Shown here: in pieces, positions 47,128 to 55,550 of the stretch
Layout: each line of letters starts with the position of its first letter
How positions within the stretch are numbered: position 1 is the stretch's first letter
IMG/VR virus record: IMGVR_UViG_3300030098_003320
Location: 1 to 59,795 of that record
DNA from: a virus
Taxonomy: Duplodnaviria; Caudoviricetes
Strand: one strand, 5' to 3'
DNA: 59,795 nucleotides
Program-made: the position numbers and the translations under genes
The notes under the pieces: generated by a model
The model's database searches: none
Told to the model about the DNA's origin: nothing
What the model saw: only the letters and a program-made list of their open reading frames with translations

Positions 47128-47287
47128 GCAAGCGTGGAGCATTATCGGAAATCAGCCTAAATGGGCAATTAGGAATATGGTTAAGGCTTTAAGTATGCTG
47201 CCTTGGTTAAACAGTGACGAAGACAACAGAAGACTTGAGGCTGCTAAAATATGCCTGAGAACCCAGAACCCGAGGTTTAAATCGTGA
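47117..47287 (+). CDS. Small protein (56 aa; not in ORF track)
   Basis: [32 protein letters not shown]...; fills the operon gap. Confidence 0.55.
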   Translation: [56 protein letters not shown]

Positions 47288-47568
47288 TTGCTGACAACTG
47301 TGTGGAGTGCGGTGAATCGACCGCTCTCGGGAAGGGGCGATTCGTGAACCGGGTATCCGTTGGCAACGGCTGGCTTTGTCCTGACTGCTACGCCGAGAAA
47401 TGTGACAAGTGCGGCGAGCTTGCCTCGGAATACGAATACCAAGGGAACGGTGACACATGGTGCTGGGATTGCGTCACGAAGTATGGGAAACCGTCCCCGG
47501 ATGGTTTTTACACCGCTGTAGCGCAGTGCGCTGTAGAGGGGGGATTTGACTTGAGGAGGAAGGTATGA
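47284..47568 (+). CDS. Zinc-finger protein
   Basis: Four CxxC pairs; GRFVNR motif. Confidence 0.6.
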   Translation: MIADNCVECGESTALGKGRFVNRVSVGNGWLCPDCYAEKCDKCGELASEYEYQGNGDTWCWDCVTKYGKPSPDGFYTAVAQCAVEGGFDLRRKV

Positions 47569-47777
47569 ACCTGGGAGCGATCTTGACGGCTATGCGGAAT
47601 GCCGAAGGCGATCGCGAAGCGGTCCTCGAGATTCTGAAAAAGAATCGCTGCTCACCGGGTTTGTTCAACGCGATAGTGCGAGTTCGCATCGGCCATAACT
47701 GGATCCGGCGAAACGAGGCTTGGGCGGTCGCAGACGAAACAGAATGCACCTCGGGGTGGCGCGGCTACGGGAAATAG
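47565..47777 (+). CDS. Hypothetical protein
   Basis: RBS AGGAAGG; ATGA coupling. Confidence 0.5.
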   Translation: MNLGAILTAMRNAEGDREAVLEILKKNRCSPGLFNAIVRVRIGHNWIRRNEAWAVADETECTSGWRGYGK

Positions 47778-47801
47778 GGCCGAGCTTAGGCGGGCGTTTA
47801 G

Positions 47802-47832
47802 AGGGGAGTGGCTCCGGCTGCTTCCCTTTTTT
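47802..47832 (+). terminator. Rho-independent terminator
   Basis: GGGGAGTGGC TCCG GCTGCTTCCC followed by a T-run. Confidence 0.75.
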
Positions 47833-47928
47833 CGTGGGTTTCCGGGAGAATCCCCAAAAAACAAGCCCCGAGAATCGATTCTAAGGCGCGTCGGAGCATG
47901 TCCGAGGGGTCTAGGTAGGGTAAAAACC
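47829..47928. promoter_or_regulatory. Conserved non-coding element (homolog of 11816-11915)
   Basis: TCGGA-N5-TCCGA and CCGAGGGGTCTAGGTAGGGT (19/20 identical to A). Confidence 0.65.
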
Positions 47929-47951
47929 GGGCAAAATATGAGAATCCTCGG

Positions 47952-48054
47952 AAGAATCCCTTTAAGAATCCCTTTAAGAATCCCTTTAAGAATCCCTTTA
48001 AGAATCCCTTTAAGAATCCCTTTAAGAATCCCTTCAAGAATCCCTCTAAGAATC
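47952..48054. repeat. Tandem 12-mer AAGAATCCCTTT (6 perfect, 2 imperfect, 1 partial)
   Basis: Counted in sequence. Confidence 0.95.
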
Positions 48055-48177
48055 GGCTCGAGGCCTCGCGTGCGTGCGTGCCGCCCGGACATTAGGACCG
48101 GGACCGGAGCGAACACTTGCGCGTCCCATAGGTACCCGTTATCAATTCTTCACACTTATGATCTCGGGAGGATCAAA

Positions 48178-48387
48178 ATGATTTACTTTCTCTGTTTTTC
48201 TCTACTATGTGGAGCGCTTAGCGCCACCGCCTACTTACCGACGCCGGGCCACCGCCTGAACCGTTTTGCGTTTCGTAGGCAACTAAGAAAAGCGGCCTAT
48301 GCTTTTGCGGTTGGTTGTTGGGTGGGGTTCCTGTTCTTGTCAGTAGTGGGGGGGATGTACGCCGCAATCCTGATCAGCTCACCATGA
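48178..48387 (+). CDS. Small two-TM membrane protein
   Basis: RBS GGGAGG; two hydrophobic segments. Confidence 0.55.
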   Translation: MIYFLCFSLLCGALSATAYLPTPGHRLNRFAFRRQLRKAAYAFAVGCWVGFLFLSVVGGMYAAILISSP

Positions 48388-48692
48388 AGCGCAACGGAAA
48401 GCAGTTACGGACACTAGAGCCGGGCGACAAGCGGCGACTAGCAGACGCCCGGAATGCTTATAAAAAAATGACGCCCGCCCAACGTGATGAATTCGCGCAA
48501 TGGGTGGCAATTTTCGACGCCGCCCTATCGGAGGGCCATGACCCAAACAATGCCGCTAAATGTGCTACTTACTCATTGCGGAATGAGGTGGCGCGGAATT
48601 CGCTCAACAAGCGGAGGTTGGCAGACCCTCGGAATGTTTATATAAAGGCGGCCTGCAATGCCGCCCTATCCGAGGGCCGCGACCATGGCTAA
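48384..48692 (+). CDS. Hypothetical protein with internal duplication
   Basis: KRRLAD.RN.Y...AALSEG occurs twice. Confidence 0.55.
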   Translation: MKRNGKQLRTLEPGDKRRLADARNAYKKMTPAQRDEFAQWVAIFDAALSEGHDPNNAAKCATYSLRNEVARNSLNKRRLADPRNVYIKAACNAALSEGRDHG

Positions 48693-49452
48693 AACGAACA
48701 GCGCGGAAATATGGCGCGGCGCTAGCCGTATAGATGGCGCTCCGATTGTGTGCATCGCTTCCGGTCTTAAGACCAGCGCCAACCGGAAAACGGGCGCAAT
48801 GGTCCAAAGCTACATATTGCGCCGGGATGTGGACCCAATGGCCGCGCTTAAAAGCGGCGGGGATGTTTCCATTTGTGGCGGTTGCATCCATAGGCCGGGA
48901 AGCGCCACCGGGTCCGGTTACTCGGATCGCTCTTGCTATGTGAATGTGGGACAAGGGCCGTTGTCAGTTTGGCGGGCGTGGGAGCGTGGGAATGTCCCGG
49001 CGGTATCACTGGACGCCGTCCCCGGTCTAGTCGCTGGACGTATGGTGCGGTTGGGCACCTACGGGGACCCGGCGGCTGTACCGTTGGCCGTGTGGGATTC
49101 GTATACGGCCAACTCCAAGGGCTGGACCGGGTACACCCACCAGAGCCGCAACCGCAAGCTCCGGGACGTTTTGAAGTACTGCCAAGTATCCGCGGACACG
49201 CCCGACGATGCCGCCGCCGCACGCCGGGCGGGCCTCGGATCGTTCCGAGTGTTGCGGGCCGGAGAACGCCCGCTTGATTTTGAGACAATCTGCCCGGCAT
49301 CTGAGGAGGCGGGCCGGGTGGCAACGTGTGAGACTTGCGGCATATGCCGAGGCGTCGATGGCGCTAACGTAGCAATCGCCGCGCATGGTATTGGTGCGCC
49401 CGTCAAGATCGACCGCCGCCGCCCGATTGACTTTTCAACCTGGAGAACCTGA
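48685..49452 (+). CDS. Cys-rich phage gp88-like / radical-SAM-related protein
   Basis: NRKTG.MVQ, CGGC.H...CYV, VRLGTYGDP, WTGYTHQ, CP...TC..C..C. Confidence 0.6.
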   Translation: MAKTNSAEIWRGASRIDGAPIVCIASGLKTSANRKTGAMVQSYILRRDVDPMAALKSGGDVSICGGCIHRPGSATGSGYSDRSCYVNVGQGPLSVWRAWERGNVPAVSLDAVPGLVAGRMVRLGTYGDPAAVPLAVWDSYTANSKGWTGYTHQSRNRKLRDVLKYCQVSADTPDDAAAARRAGLGSFRVLRAGERPLDFETICPASEEAGRVATCETCGICRGVDGANVAIAAHGIGAPVKIDRRRPIDFSTWRT

Positions 49453-49455
49453 ACC

Positions 49456-49629
49456 ATGAAGACCGATATAGAAAAGGCTCTAAAAGAAGCCAGTATATCT
49501 ATTGCTTGCGCGTTAGATGAAGAGCCAACCGCCGAAGACCTTGAGCATATCCAGAGCCAGATCACGATACTAGAAAACCTACTACCAGTATATCTATTGC
49601 TTGCGCGTCATGCGATGAGGCGACCATGA
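49456..49629 (+). CDS. Small protein (57 aa) containing a 24-bp direct repeat
   Basis: RBS GGAG; MKTDIEKALKE...; ATGA coupling. Confidence 0.45.
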   Translation: MKTDIEKALKEASISIACALDEEPTAEDLEHIQSQITILENLLPVYLLLARHAMRRP

Positions 49630-49892
49630 AAACTGATAACGTAGACAAGCTACTAGCGGACCCGTGTACGCCGTACTGGATGCGGGAAGTTTCCCGGCGT
49701 TTAGGCCGCGTCGATCCGGTCGACGCCATCCACGGGCTACAGGCACTAGCCGAGGCAATGGACGCGGACCATAGGGACCACACACGGGAAAAGATCGCCC
49801 AACACTTCGGGGACAAGGCCGCCGCGATTTATGCGCTCGGGGCTGGCAATGTTCCCGGGTTGCGCGTCGTCGTGGAGGGCGAAGAACTATGA
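49626..49892 (+). CDS. Hypothetical protein
   Basis: LADP.TPYW......DPVDA motif. Confidence 0.55.
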   Translation: MKTDNVDKLLADPCTPYWMREVSRRLGRVDPVDAIHGLQALAEAMDADHRDHTREKIAQHFGDKAAAIYALGAGNVPGLRVVVEGEEL

Positions 49893-50038
49893 GCGATCTA
49901 ACCGGGGTGCTAATTGTGGCGCTTGTGGCGTTCTCATTCATTAACGCCGTTCGCGTGTGTCGATCCGAGAACCCGAGCATATGGGCGGCCATCGTGTGGC
50001 CGCTGGCTACGCTGTACTTGGTCGCGTGGTACTTCTAA
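49889..50038 (+). CDS. Small membrane protein (49 aa)
   Basis: Two hydrophobic segments; ATGA coupling. Confidence 0.45.
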   Translation: MSDLTGVLIVALVAFSFINAVRVCRSENPSIWAAIVWPLATLYLVAWYF

Positions 50039-50092
50039 CCGGGCACGGTCCCGGCGGCGTCTACTAGGCACGCCGGGATCTCTCCCGAGATC

Positions 50093-50123
50093 AGGCCGTC
50101 CCCTCCGGGGGGCGGTCTTTTTT
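50093..50123 (+). terminator. Rho-independent terminator
   Basis: AGGCCGTCCCC TCCG GGGGGCGGTCT followed by a T-run. Confidence 0.75.
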
Positions 50124-50546
50124 CGTGCCTATGCTTTCCGGGCAATGGATGCCGGGGCGCGGCTCATAAACGCGATTCAAGGCCCGGCAATGCGTTGGGG
50201 GTATGGTTACCTATGGGAACGCGCTGAGAGTCTTTAGGCGGGCGGATAGGGACCGGAGAACGTGGCACGCGCCCGCGCGGGAACACTAAACCGGAACTAG
50301 TTCGGGTTTAGGTGGTGCCACCGGAACCGGAACCGGGTCCGGGTTCGGGTTCGTGCCCGGTGGGATGCGAGGGCGTGCCTATAGCATGGAATAGCAATGC
50401 CAGAGAATCGAGGTGGGATGAGATGGCATGACCACCCCCCCCTCGAGCCAGAGCAGGGGACCAGCACTGGTACTACTCAACACAGATTCTCTTGCTATTT
50501 TTTCCCAATCCTGAAATTTTGTACTATCGCACTTCAAGGAGCCACT

Positions 50547-50789
50547 ATGGTTGACTCATCAGAATTAATCAGTCTTGCAGAAAACATTAAGGGTCGTCTC
50601 AAGTTCTATACCCATGGGAGTCCTGAGAGAATCCTTTTGCAGAGATCGCACGATGCTATTGCTGGTTTTGCGAGAGGAGTTGATGCAGAATTTGTGTATA
50701 CCTGGCTGATGGACAACGGGGTAAACCTTACGCTTCGGCAGCGTAGAATTTTGGGACTAGAGCCCGAAGCTGTGAACACCAAAGAATAA
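50547..50789 (+). CDS. Hypothetical protein (homolog of 14437-14670)
   Basis: RBS AAGGAG; similarity. Confidence 0.65.
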   Translation: MVDSSELISLAENIKGRLKFYTHGSPERILLQRSHDAIAGFARGVDAEFVYTWLMDNGVNLTLRQRRILGLEPEAVNTKE

Positions 50790-50834
50790 TGCGTTTCCGT
50801 AGTATCTAAGCCAAAAAATTTGTAATTCTTTTTA

Positions 50835-50874
50835 GGCTTGGAACAGAGTTGGAACAATAACAAACATTAAACCA
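50835..50874. repeat. Condensed inverted copy of the iteron tract in B's initiator gene (43063-43121)
   Basis: GGCTTGGAACAGA, GGAACAATAACAA and CATTAAACCA blocks match the reverse complement. Confidence 0.8.
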
Positions 50875-50891
50875 CTCTTAGTATCTATACT

Positions 50892-51086
50892 ATGTCGAAA
50901 TCAACGGAGCATTCAAAGCAAGATCCGTTGTGGGTCATATGTGACCTGTGCGAAGACCTGTGGTGTACGCTTCACGGTTCCCATGTTGCGGACTGCTTGT
51001 GTCCAGGGATCGAGGAGTTTGCTACGTTTGGTGTAGACCCTTACACAATGCCAGGAGAAGATTGCCATGCCGTATCGGGTTCGTGA
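50892..51086 (+). CDS. Small Cys/His-rich protein (homolog of 14835-15038)
   Basis: Conserved CDLCE..WCT.H..HV.DCLCPG. Confidence 0.7.
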   Translation: MSKSTEHSKQDPLWVICDLCEDLWCTLHGSHVADCLCPGIEEFATFGVDPYTMPGEDCHAVSGS

Positions 51087-51222
51087 GTCTACTGTCCAGG
51101 TCCAGCGGCCCAGCGGGTGGAAGACGCTCAAGGTCCACAAGACCAAGCAAGCCGCTAGAAAGCACATGAAAGCTTTGAACGCTAACGTGACGCACAAAAA
51201 GCCTAAGTACAAAAAGAGGTAG
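51067..51222 (+). CDS. Small basic protein (51 aa), homolog of 15845-15979
   Basis: MPYRVRESTVQVQRPSGWKTLKVHKT... Confidence 0.7.
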   Translation: MPYRVRESTVQVQRPSGWKTLKVHKTKQAARKHMKALNANVTHKKPKYKKR

Positions 51223-51226
51223 CCAA

Positions 51227-51463
51227 ATGCGTAAGTATGCCACCTACGATGAATTGCTTGCGGCACGCAGAAAACGATTGTCAAAGAATCAAGTCCTTAA
51301 AATGCTTGCTCACGATCGCATAGCGGAGACTGTTAAAAATTCTTGGGCTACCAGAAAAACCGATGCTCAGTGGGCTGACGAGTTTGGGGTTTTGCCATTG
51401 TCTGTAAGCAGGGCACGCAAGGGAATTACTTGGCAAACCCTGTATCGCGAGTACCGCGCATAA
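51227..51463 (+). CDS. Small HTH-like protein
   Basis: WADEFGV...SVSRARKGITW. Confidence 0.55.
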   Translation: MRKYATYDELLAARRKRLSKNQVLKMLAHDRIAETVKNSWATRKTDAQWADEFGVLPLSVSRARKGITWQTLYREYRA

Positions 51464-51464
51464 A

Positions 51465-52868
51465 ATGTCTTCGTTTATTGCGCCCGATCTTGTTAGAGAC
51501 ATTGAAACAATGCGGGCAGATCCCGCAATTTTTGTTAGAGATATGCTGGGTGCAGAGCCAGATGTTTGGCAGCTAGAGGTTATGGCCGCTGCCGCTAAAC
51601 AAACTCGAGGGATTAGTATTCGATCGGGTCACGGTGTAGGAAAGACCAGTTGTTTATCCTGGCTGGCCTTGTGGTTTATTTTTGTTCATTATCACGCCAA
51701 GGTCATTGTTACAGCACCTACGTCTGCTCAGTTGCACGATGCGTTGCTTCCTGAAACAAAAGCGTGGTTAAAGCAAGGGCCTACAGCGTTTCAAAAATTA
51801 TTTAATGTCAAATCTGACCGCATAGAATTAGCTGCCGACCCCGAACGCAATTTTATATCTGCTAAAACATCTAGAGCTGAACAGCCCGATGCACTCCAGG
51901 GTGTACACGCAGAGCACGTCATGCTCATCTGTGACGAAGCCAGCGGTGTGCCGGAACAAGTGTACGAGTCGGCTGGTGGCTCAATGTCTGCTCATCACGC
52001 GACAATGGTACTAGCGGGCAACCCCGTCCGCTCATCGGGATACTTTTACGACACGTTTAATAAACTAGAAGATCGGTGGGAAACATTTCACATATCATGT
52101 GAAGACACCGCTCGAGTATCGAAAGAATACATTGAAGAATGCAGGATTCGGTATGGTGAAGACTCTAACACTTACCGCGTTCGTGTACTCGGAGAGTTTC
52201 CCAAGGGTGATGACGACACAGTCATTCCGCATGAATTGGTTGCAGAAGCGATTAGCCGCGACATTCAACCGTCGTCGTTTGGCCCAACTGTGTGGGGAGT
52301 GGACGTTGCTCGTTTTGGTGCCGACGCCTCTGCGTTATGCAAACGCAAAGGCAACGCTGTAACCGAGCCAATACGATTGTGGCGAAACCTGGACACAATG
52401 CAGCTAACGGGTGCCATCAAGGCAGAATACGATATTGCATCAGAAAAACCTGTAGAAATTTTTGTAGATGCAATCGGACTTGGCGCTGGTGTCGCAGACC
52501 GTTTGCGCGAACTGGGTTTGCCAGCCTACGCAATCAACGTCAGCGAAAGCCCCGCGATGGGCAACCACTACTTGAACCTTCGCGCCGAGCTGTGGTACAA
52601 AGCAAAAGGATGGCTTGAAGGGCGCGATGTTCGCTTACCTTCCGACAATCGCCTAAAGTCTGAGTTGACCACCGTTCGCTACAATTTCACTTCCGGCGGC
52701 AGGGTTAAGATAGAATCTAAGGCTGATTTAAAACGACGAGGCGTAGCGTCTCCCGACGCAGCAGACGCTTTCGTTCTAACCTTTGCGTCTGACGCTGGCA
52801 CAGCTATGGGTAGACGGTCGGGTAAACATATGGGTAGTATTAAGAGGAACCTTGCAGGTATCGTGTAG
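51465..52868 (+). CDS. terL: Terminase large subunit (B)
   Basis: Same motifs as 17321-18706. Confidence 0.95.
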   Translation: MSSFIAPDLVRDIETMRADPAIFVRDMLGAEPDVWQLEVMAAAAKQTRGISIRSGHGVGKTSCLSWLALWFIFVHYHAKVIVTAPTSAQLHDALLPETKAWLKQGPTAFQKLFNVKSDRIELAADPERNFISAKTSRAEQPDALQGVHAEHVMLICDEASGVPEQVYESAGGSMSAHHATMVLAGNPVRSSGYFYDTFNKLEDRWETFHISCEDTARVSKEYIEECRIRYGEDSNTYRVRVLGEFPKGDDDTVIPHELVAEAISRDIQPSSFGPTVWGVDVARFGADASALCKRKGNAVTEPIRLWRNLDTMQLTGAIKAEYDIASEKPVEIFVDAIGLGAGVADRLRELGLPAYAINVSESPAMGNHYLNLRAELWYKAKGWLEGRDVRLPSDNRLKSELTTVRYNFTSGGRVKIESKADLKRRGVASPDAADAFVLTFASDAGTAMGRRSGKHMGSIKRNLAGIV

Positions 52869-52895
52869 TGTCTATTATTTAATGTTGAATAGATA

Positions 52896-53006
52896 GATGC
52901 GTTGGGGGGTAGCCCTGACTAAGCTTGGTGGCCTAACAGAGTTACTTAAATGACCAAAACTTGCGCTTCGTTTCTCCTCCCGAGACGAGGGTGCCCCCAG
53001 CCCATC
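52896..53006 (+). ncRNA. Candidate three-way-junction RNA, copy 3
   Basis: P1 TTGGGGG/CCCCCAG; P2 GTAGC/GTTAC; TTAAA; P3 CTTCGTTTC/GAGACGAGG. Confidence 0.55.
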
Positions 53007-53037
53007 AATCTGATGTGGCATAGATGAGAGGAACTTC

Positions 53038-55101
53038 GTGGCATACATAGACGAAGCAGAAACCGAAGCTGGTGTAGGGATGGATGAGGACGAACTACAA
53101 ACAGTCGTCAGCGCCTATATATCAGATGCCATTCAGTACATCGACGATGACATTAGCCCTGTCCGGGCAGAATCTACTCGATACTACCGTGGCGACCCGT
53201 TTGGCAATGAGGTAGAAGGTCGCAGCCAGGTCGTAAGTCGCGATGTGCGTGATTCCGTGCAAGCTGTCTTGCCGTCAATGATGCGCGTGTTTTTTGGTTC
53301 GGAAAAAGTTGTAGAGTTTGTGCCACGCACCGAGTCCGATGTAGCAATGGCTGAACAGGCTACAGACTACTTGAACTACATCTTGCGCCAGGACAACGAC
53401 GCAATCTCAATTTTTTATAGCGTGTTTAAAGACGCGCTAATGAACAAAGGCGGTTTTGTTAAGTGGTGGTGGGATGACAGCGTTGAGGTACATACCCACA
53501 GCTTTGAAGGTTTAGACGAAGGCTCGCTTGGGTTGCTCCTAGAAGAAGATGGCGTAGAAGCCGTGTCTGTTGAATCTGTTCCAGCGCCTGGAATTACGGA
53601 TGAGCAGATTGCCATGATGGAAGCGCAGGGTATGCCTGTGCCTCAAATCTATAATGTTGAGATTAAACGCCGTCGCAAAAAGAACCAGGTGCGCGTTGAA
53701 ACAATGCCGCCCGAGGAATTTTTTGTGGATGCCGCTGCGACAAGTCTTGATGACGCTATGGTCGTCGGGCACCGCACGATGTCTACCGTCTCCGACCTAG
53801 TTGCTCTAGGCTACGATCGGGATATGCTCGAAGAATACTTGTCTGACGAATTTGCGTTTACCGATAGCGACGAGTATTTGGCGCGGTACGCAGGAACGGA
53901 GATTCCCGATCCCGTATCTGCCTACGAGCGTCGGCGCGTGCTTTATGTTGAGGCGTGGTGCTACGTCGATTATGACGGTGATGGCATCGCAGAGCTGAGG
54001 CGCGTATGCACGGTCGGCAACAACTACACGGTAGTAAACAACGAACCAGCAGACACAATTCCGTTTACAATGTTTAGTTGTGATCCCGAACCTCATGTCT
54101 TCTTTGGTTCAGACATAGCGGATATGACAAAAGACATACAACGAGTGAAAAGCGCGGTGTTGCGCGGTATGCTCGACTCTTTGTCTTTTGCGCTTTATCC
54201 GCGCACAGGCGTTGTCGAAGGAATGGTAGATATTGACGATGTGTTGAACCCCGAAGTTGGTTCGATTATTCGGATGCGTCAGCCAGGAATGGTGCAACAG
54301 TTGAATGTGCCATTCTTAGGAAAAGAAGCGTTTCCAATGATGCAGTATTTGGATGCAATGAAAGAATCGCGTACAGGCCAAACAGCGGCGTCTCAGGGAT
54401 TAGACCCCGACGTACTACAGTCCACAACACGCGCCGCTGTTACTGCAACGATTAAGGGTGCTGAGCAACATCTCGAAATGATGGCAAGACTTTTTGCTGA
54501 CAGCTTTAAGAGAATGTTCAAAGGTATGTTGCGTTTAGTAGTAACGCATCAAGACCGGGAACGGATGGTCCGACTAAGGGACCAGTGGGTGCCGATCGAC
54601 CCGCGTGTATGGGACTCAACAATGGATTGTTCTGTTAATGTCGGTCTTGGTTCGGGTGCGACCGACGAGCGCCTTATGGTGCTGAACCAAGTAGCGTCCC
54701 GTCAGCAAGAGGCGATGGAAAAGCTAGGGCCTAACAATCCGCTGGTTGGTTTAGGCCAAATCAGAAACACGCTGGCTAAGATGTTGGAGATTAGCGGCTA
54801 CCCAGACTCGACGCAGTTTTTTAAGCAAATACCACTGGACTATCAGCCTCCCCCACCGCCGCCGCCTAAACCATCACCAGAAGAATTACTGGCACAGGCG
54901 CAGATGGCTGACATCCAAGCTCGTACTGCAATCGACCAGCAAAAGCTTCAGCTTGATGCTATGAAGCAGCAGCAGCTTGATGAACGCGAAAGCGCACGAA
55001 TCGCTGGCGACTTGGCAATCCGGGAATTCCAAGCGGAAGAAAAGTTTCAGAATGATGTAGACATGGAAGTCTTAAAGGCTAGTCTCAAGCAGGGTTTGTA
55101 A
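53038..55101 (+). CDS. Portal protein (B), GTG start
   Basis: Homolog of 18854-20914. Confidence 0.9.
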   Translation: MAYIDEAETEAGVGMDEDELQTVVSAYISDAIQYIDDDISPVRAESTRYYRGDPFGNEVEGRSQVVSRDVRDSVQAVLPSMMRVFFGSEKVVEFVPRTESDVAMAEQATDYLNYILRQDNDAISIFYSVFKDALMNKGGFVKWWWDDSVEVHTHSFEGLDEGSLGLLLEEDGVEAVSVESVPAPGITDEQIAMMEAQGMPVPQIYNVEIKRRRKKNQVRVETMPPEEFFVDAAATSLDDAMVVGHRTMSTVSDLVALGYDRDMLEEYLSDEFAFTDSDEYLARYAGTEIPDPVSAYERRRVLYVEAWCYVDYDGDGIAELRRVCTVGNNYTVVNNEPADTIPFTMFSCDPEPHVFFGSDIADMTKDIQRVKSAVLRGMLDSLSFALYPRTGVVEGMVDIDDVLNPEVGSIIRMRQPGMVQQLNVPFLGKEAFPMMQYLDAMKESRTGQTAASQGLDPDVLQSTTRAAVTATIKGAEQHLEMMARLFADSFKRMFKGMLRLVVTHQDRERMVRLRDQWVPIDPRVWDSTMDCSVNVGLGSGATDERLMVLNQVASRQQEAMEKLGPNNPLVGLGQIRNTLAKMLEISGYPDSTQFFKQIPLDYQPPPPPPPKPSPEELLAQAQMADIQARTAIDQQKLQLDAMKQQQLDERESARIAGDLAIREFQAEEKFQNDVDMEVLKASLKQGL

Positions 55102-55274
55102 TGCGAAAACCTAACAATACACAACAGCCCTTAACAAAACGGCAAACAGAAGCTTTGGCTCGCCACAAACGACATCATTCTAAAGTTCACATGAGTATAA
55201 TGAAGCAGCTAATGAGAAAAGGCGTTTCATTTACAGACGCTCATAATGTTGCCATGAATCGGGTAGGAAGGTAA
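55101..55274 (+). CDS. Small basic His-rich protein (57 aa), B-specific
   Basis: LTKRQ...L.RHKRHHSKVHM..MK.LMRKG.SFT.AH..AM..VG; TAATG coupling. Confidence 0.6.
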   Translation: MRKPNNTQQPLTKRQTEALARHKRHHSKVHMSIMKQLMRKGVSFTDAHNVAMNRVGR

Positions 55275-55277
55275 CGC

Positions 55278-55550
55278 TTGCAAATAGAATTGACGCAAGA
55301 GCAAAAAGCCCGTCGCGCTCAAGAAATTTTGGACGATCCGGTCTTTGTCGAGGTCGTTAACGAAAGCCGTAATCTGATAATGGCTGAGTGGAATTTGACG
55401 GCTTACGACCAAAGCGAAAAACGAGAAAGCCTGTATTATCAAGGCCGCGCACTTGACGAAATGTTAAGAGGCTTGCGATCCTTGATAGATAATTGGATTG
55501 TACATAAGTCAAAACAGCAAAAAGCTACCAAAAAAGGAAAGATTAAATGA
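55278..55550 (+). CDS. Conserved small head-module protein
   Basis: Homolog of 20907-21176. Confidence 0.7.
   Translation: MQIELTQEQKARRAQEILDDPVFVEVVNESRNLIMAEWNLTAYDQSEKRESLYYQGRALDEMLRGLRSLIDNWIVHKSKQQKATKKGKIK

Noticed and set aside
12547-48054. CRISPR array
   Set aside because: The repeats are contiguous with no spacers, and no cas genes are present
47652-48177. ORFs with RIPL, KGIL or KGFL repeats
   Set aside because: Read-through of the stop-free 12-mer array; the plausible gene starts at 48178
48604-50237. Many overlapping antisense or alternate-frame ORFs
   Set aside because: Shadow ORFs of GC-rich sequence overlapping better-supported genes
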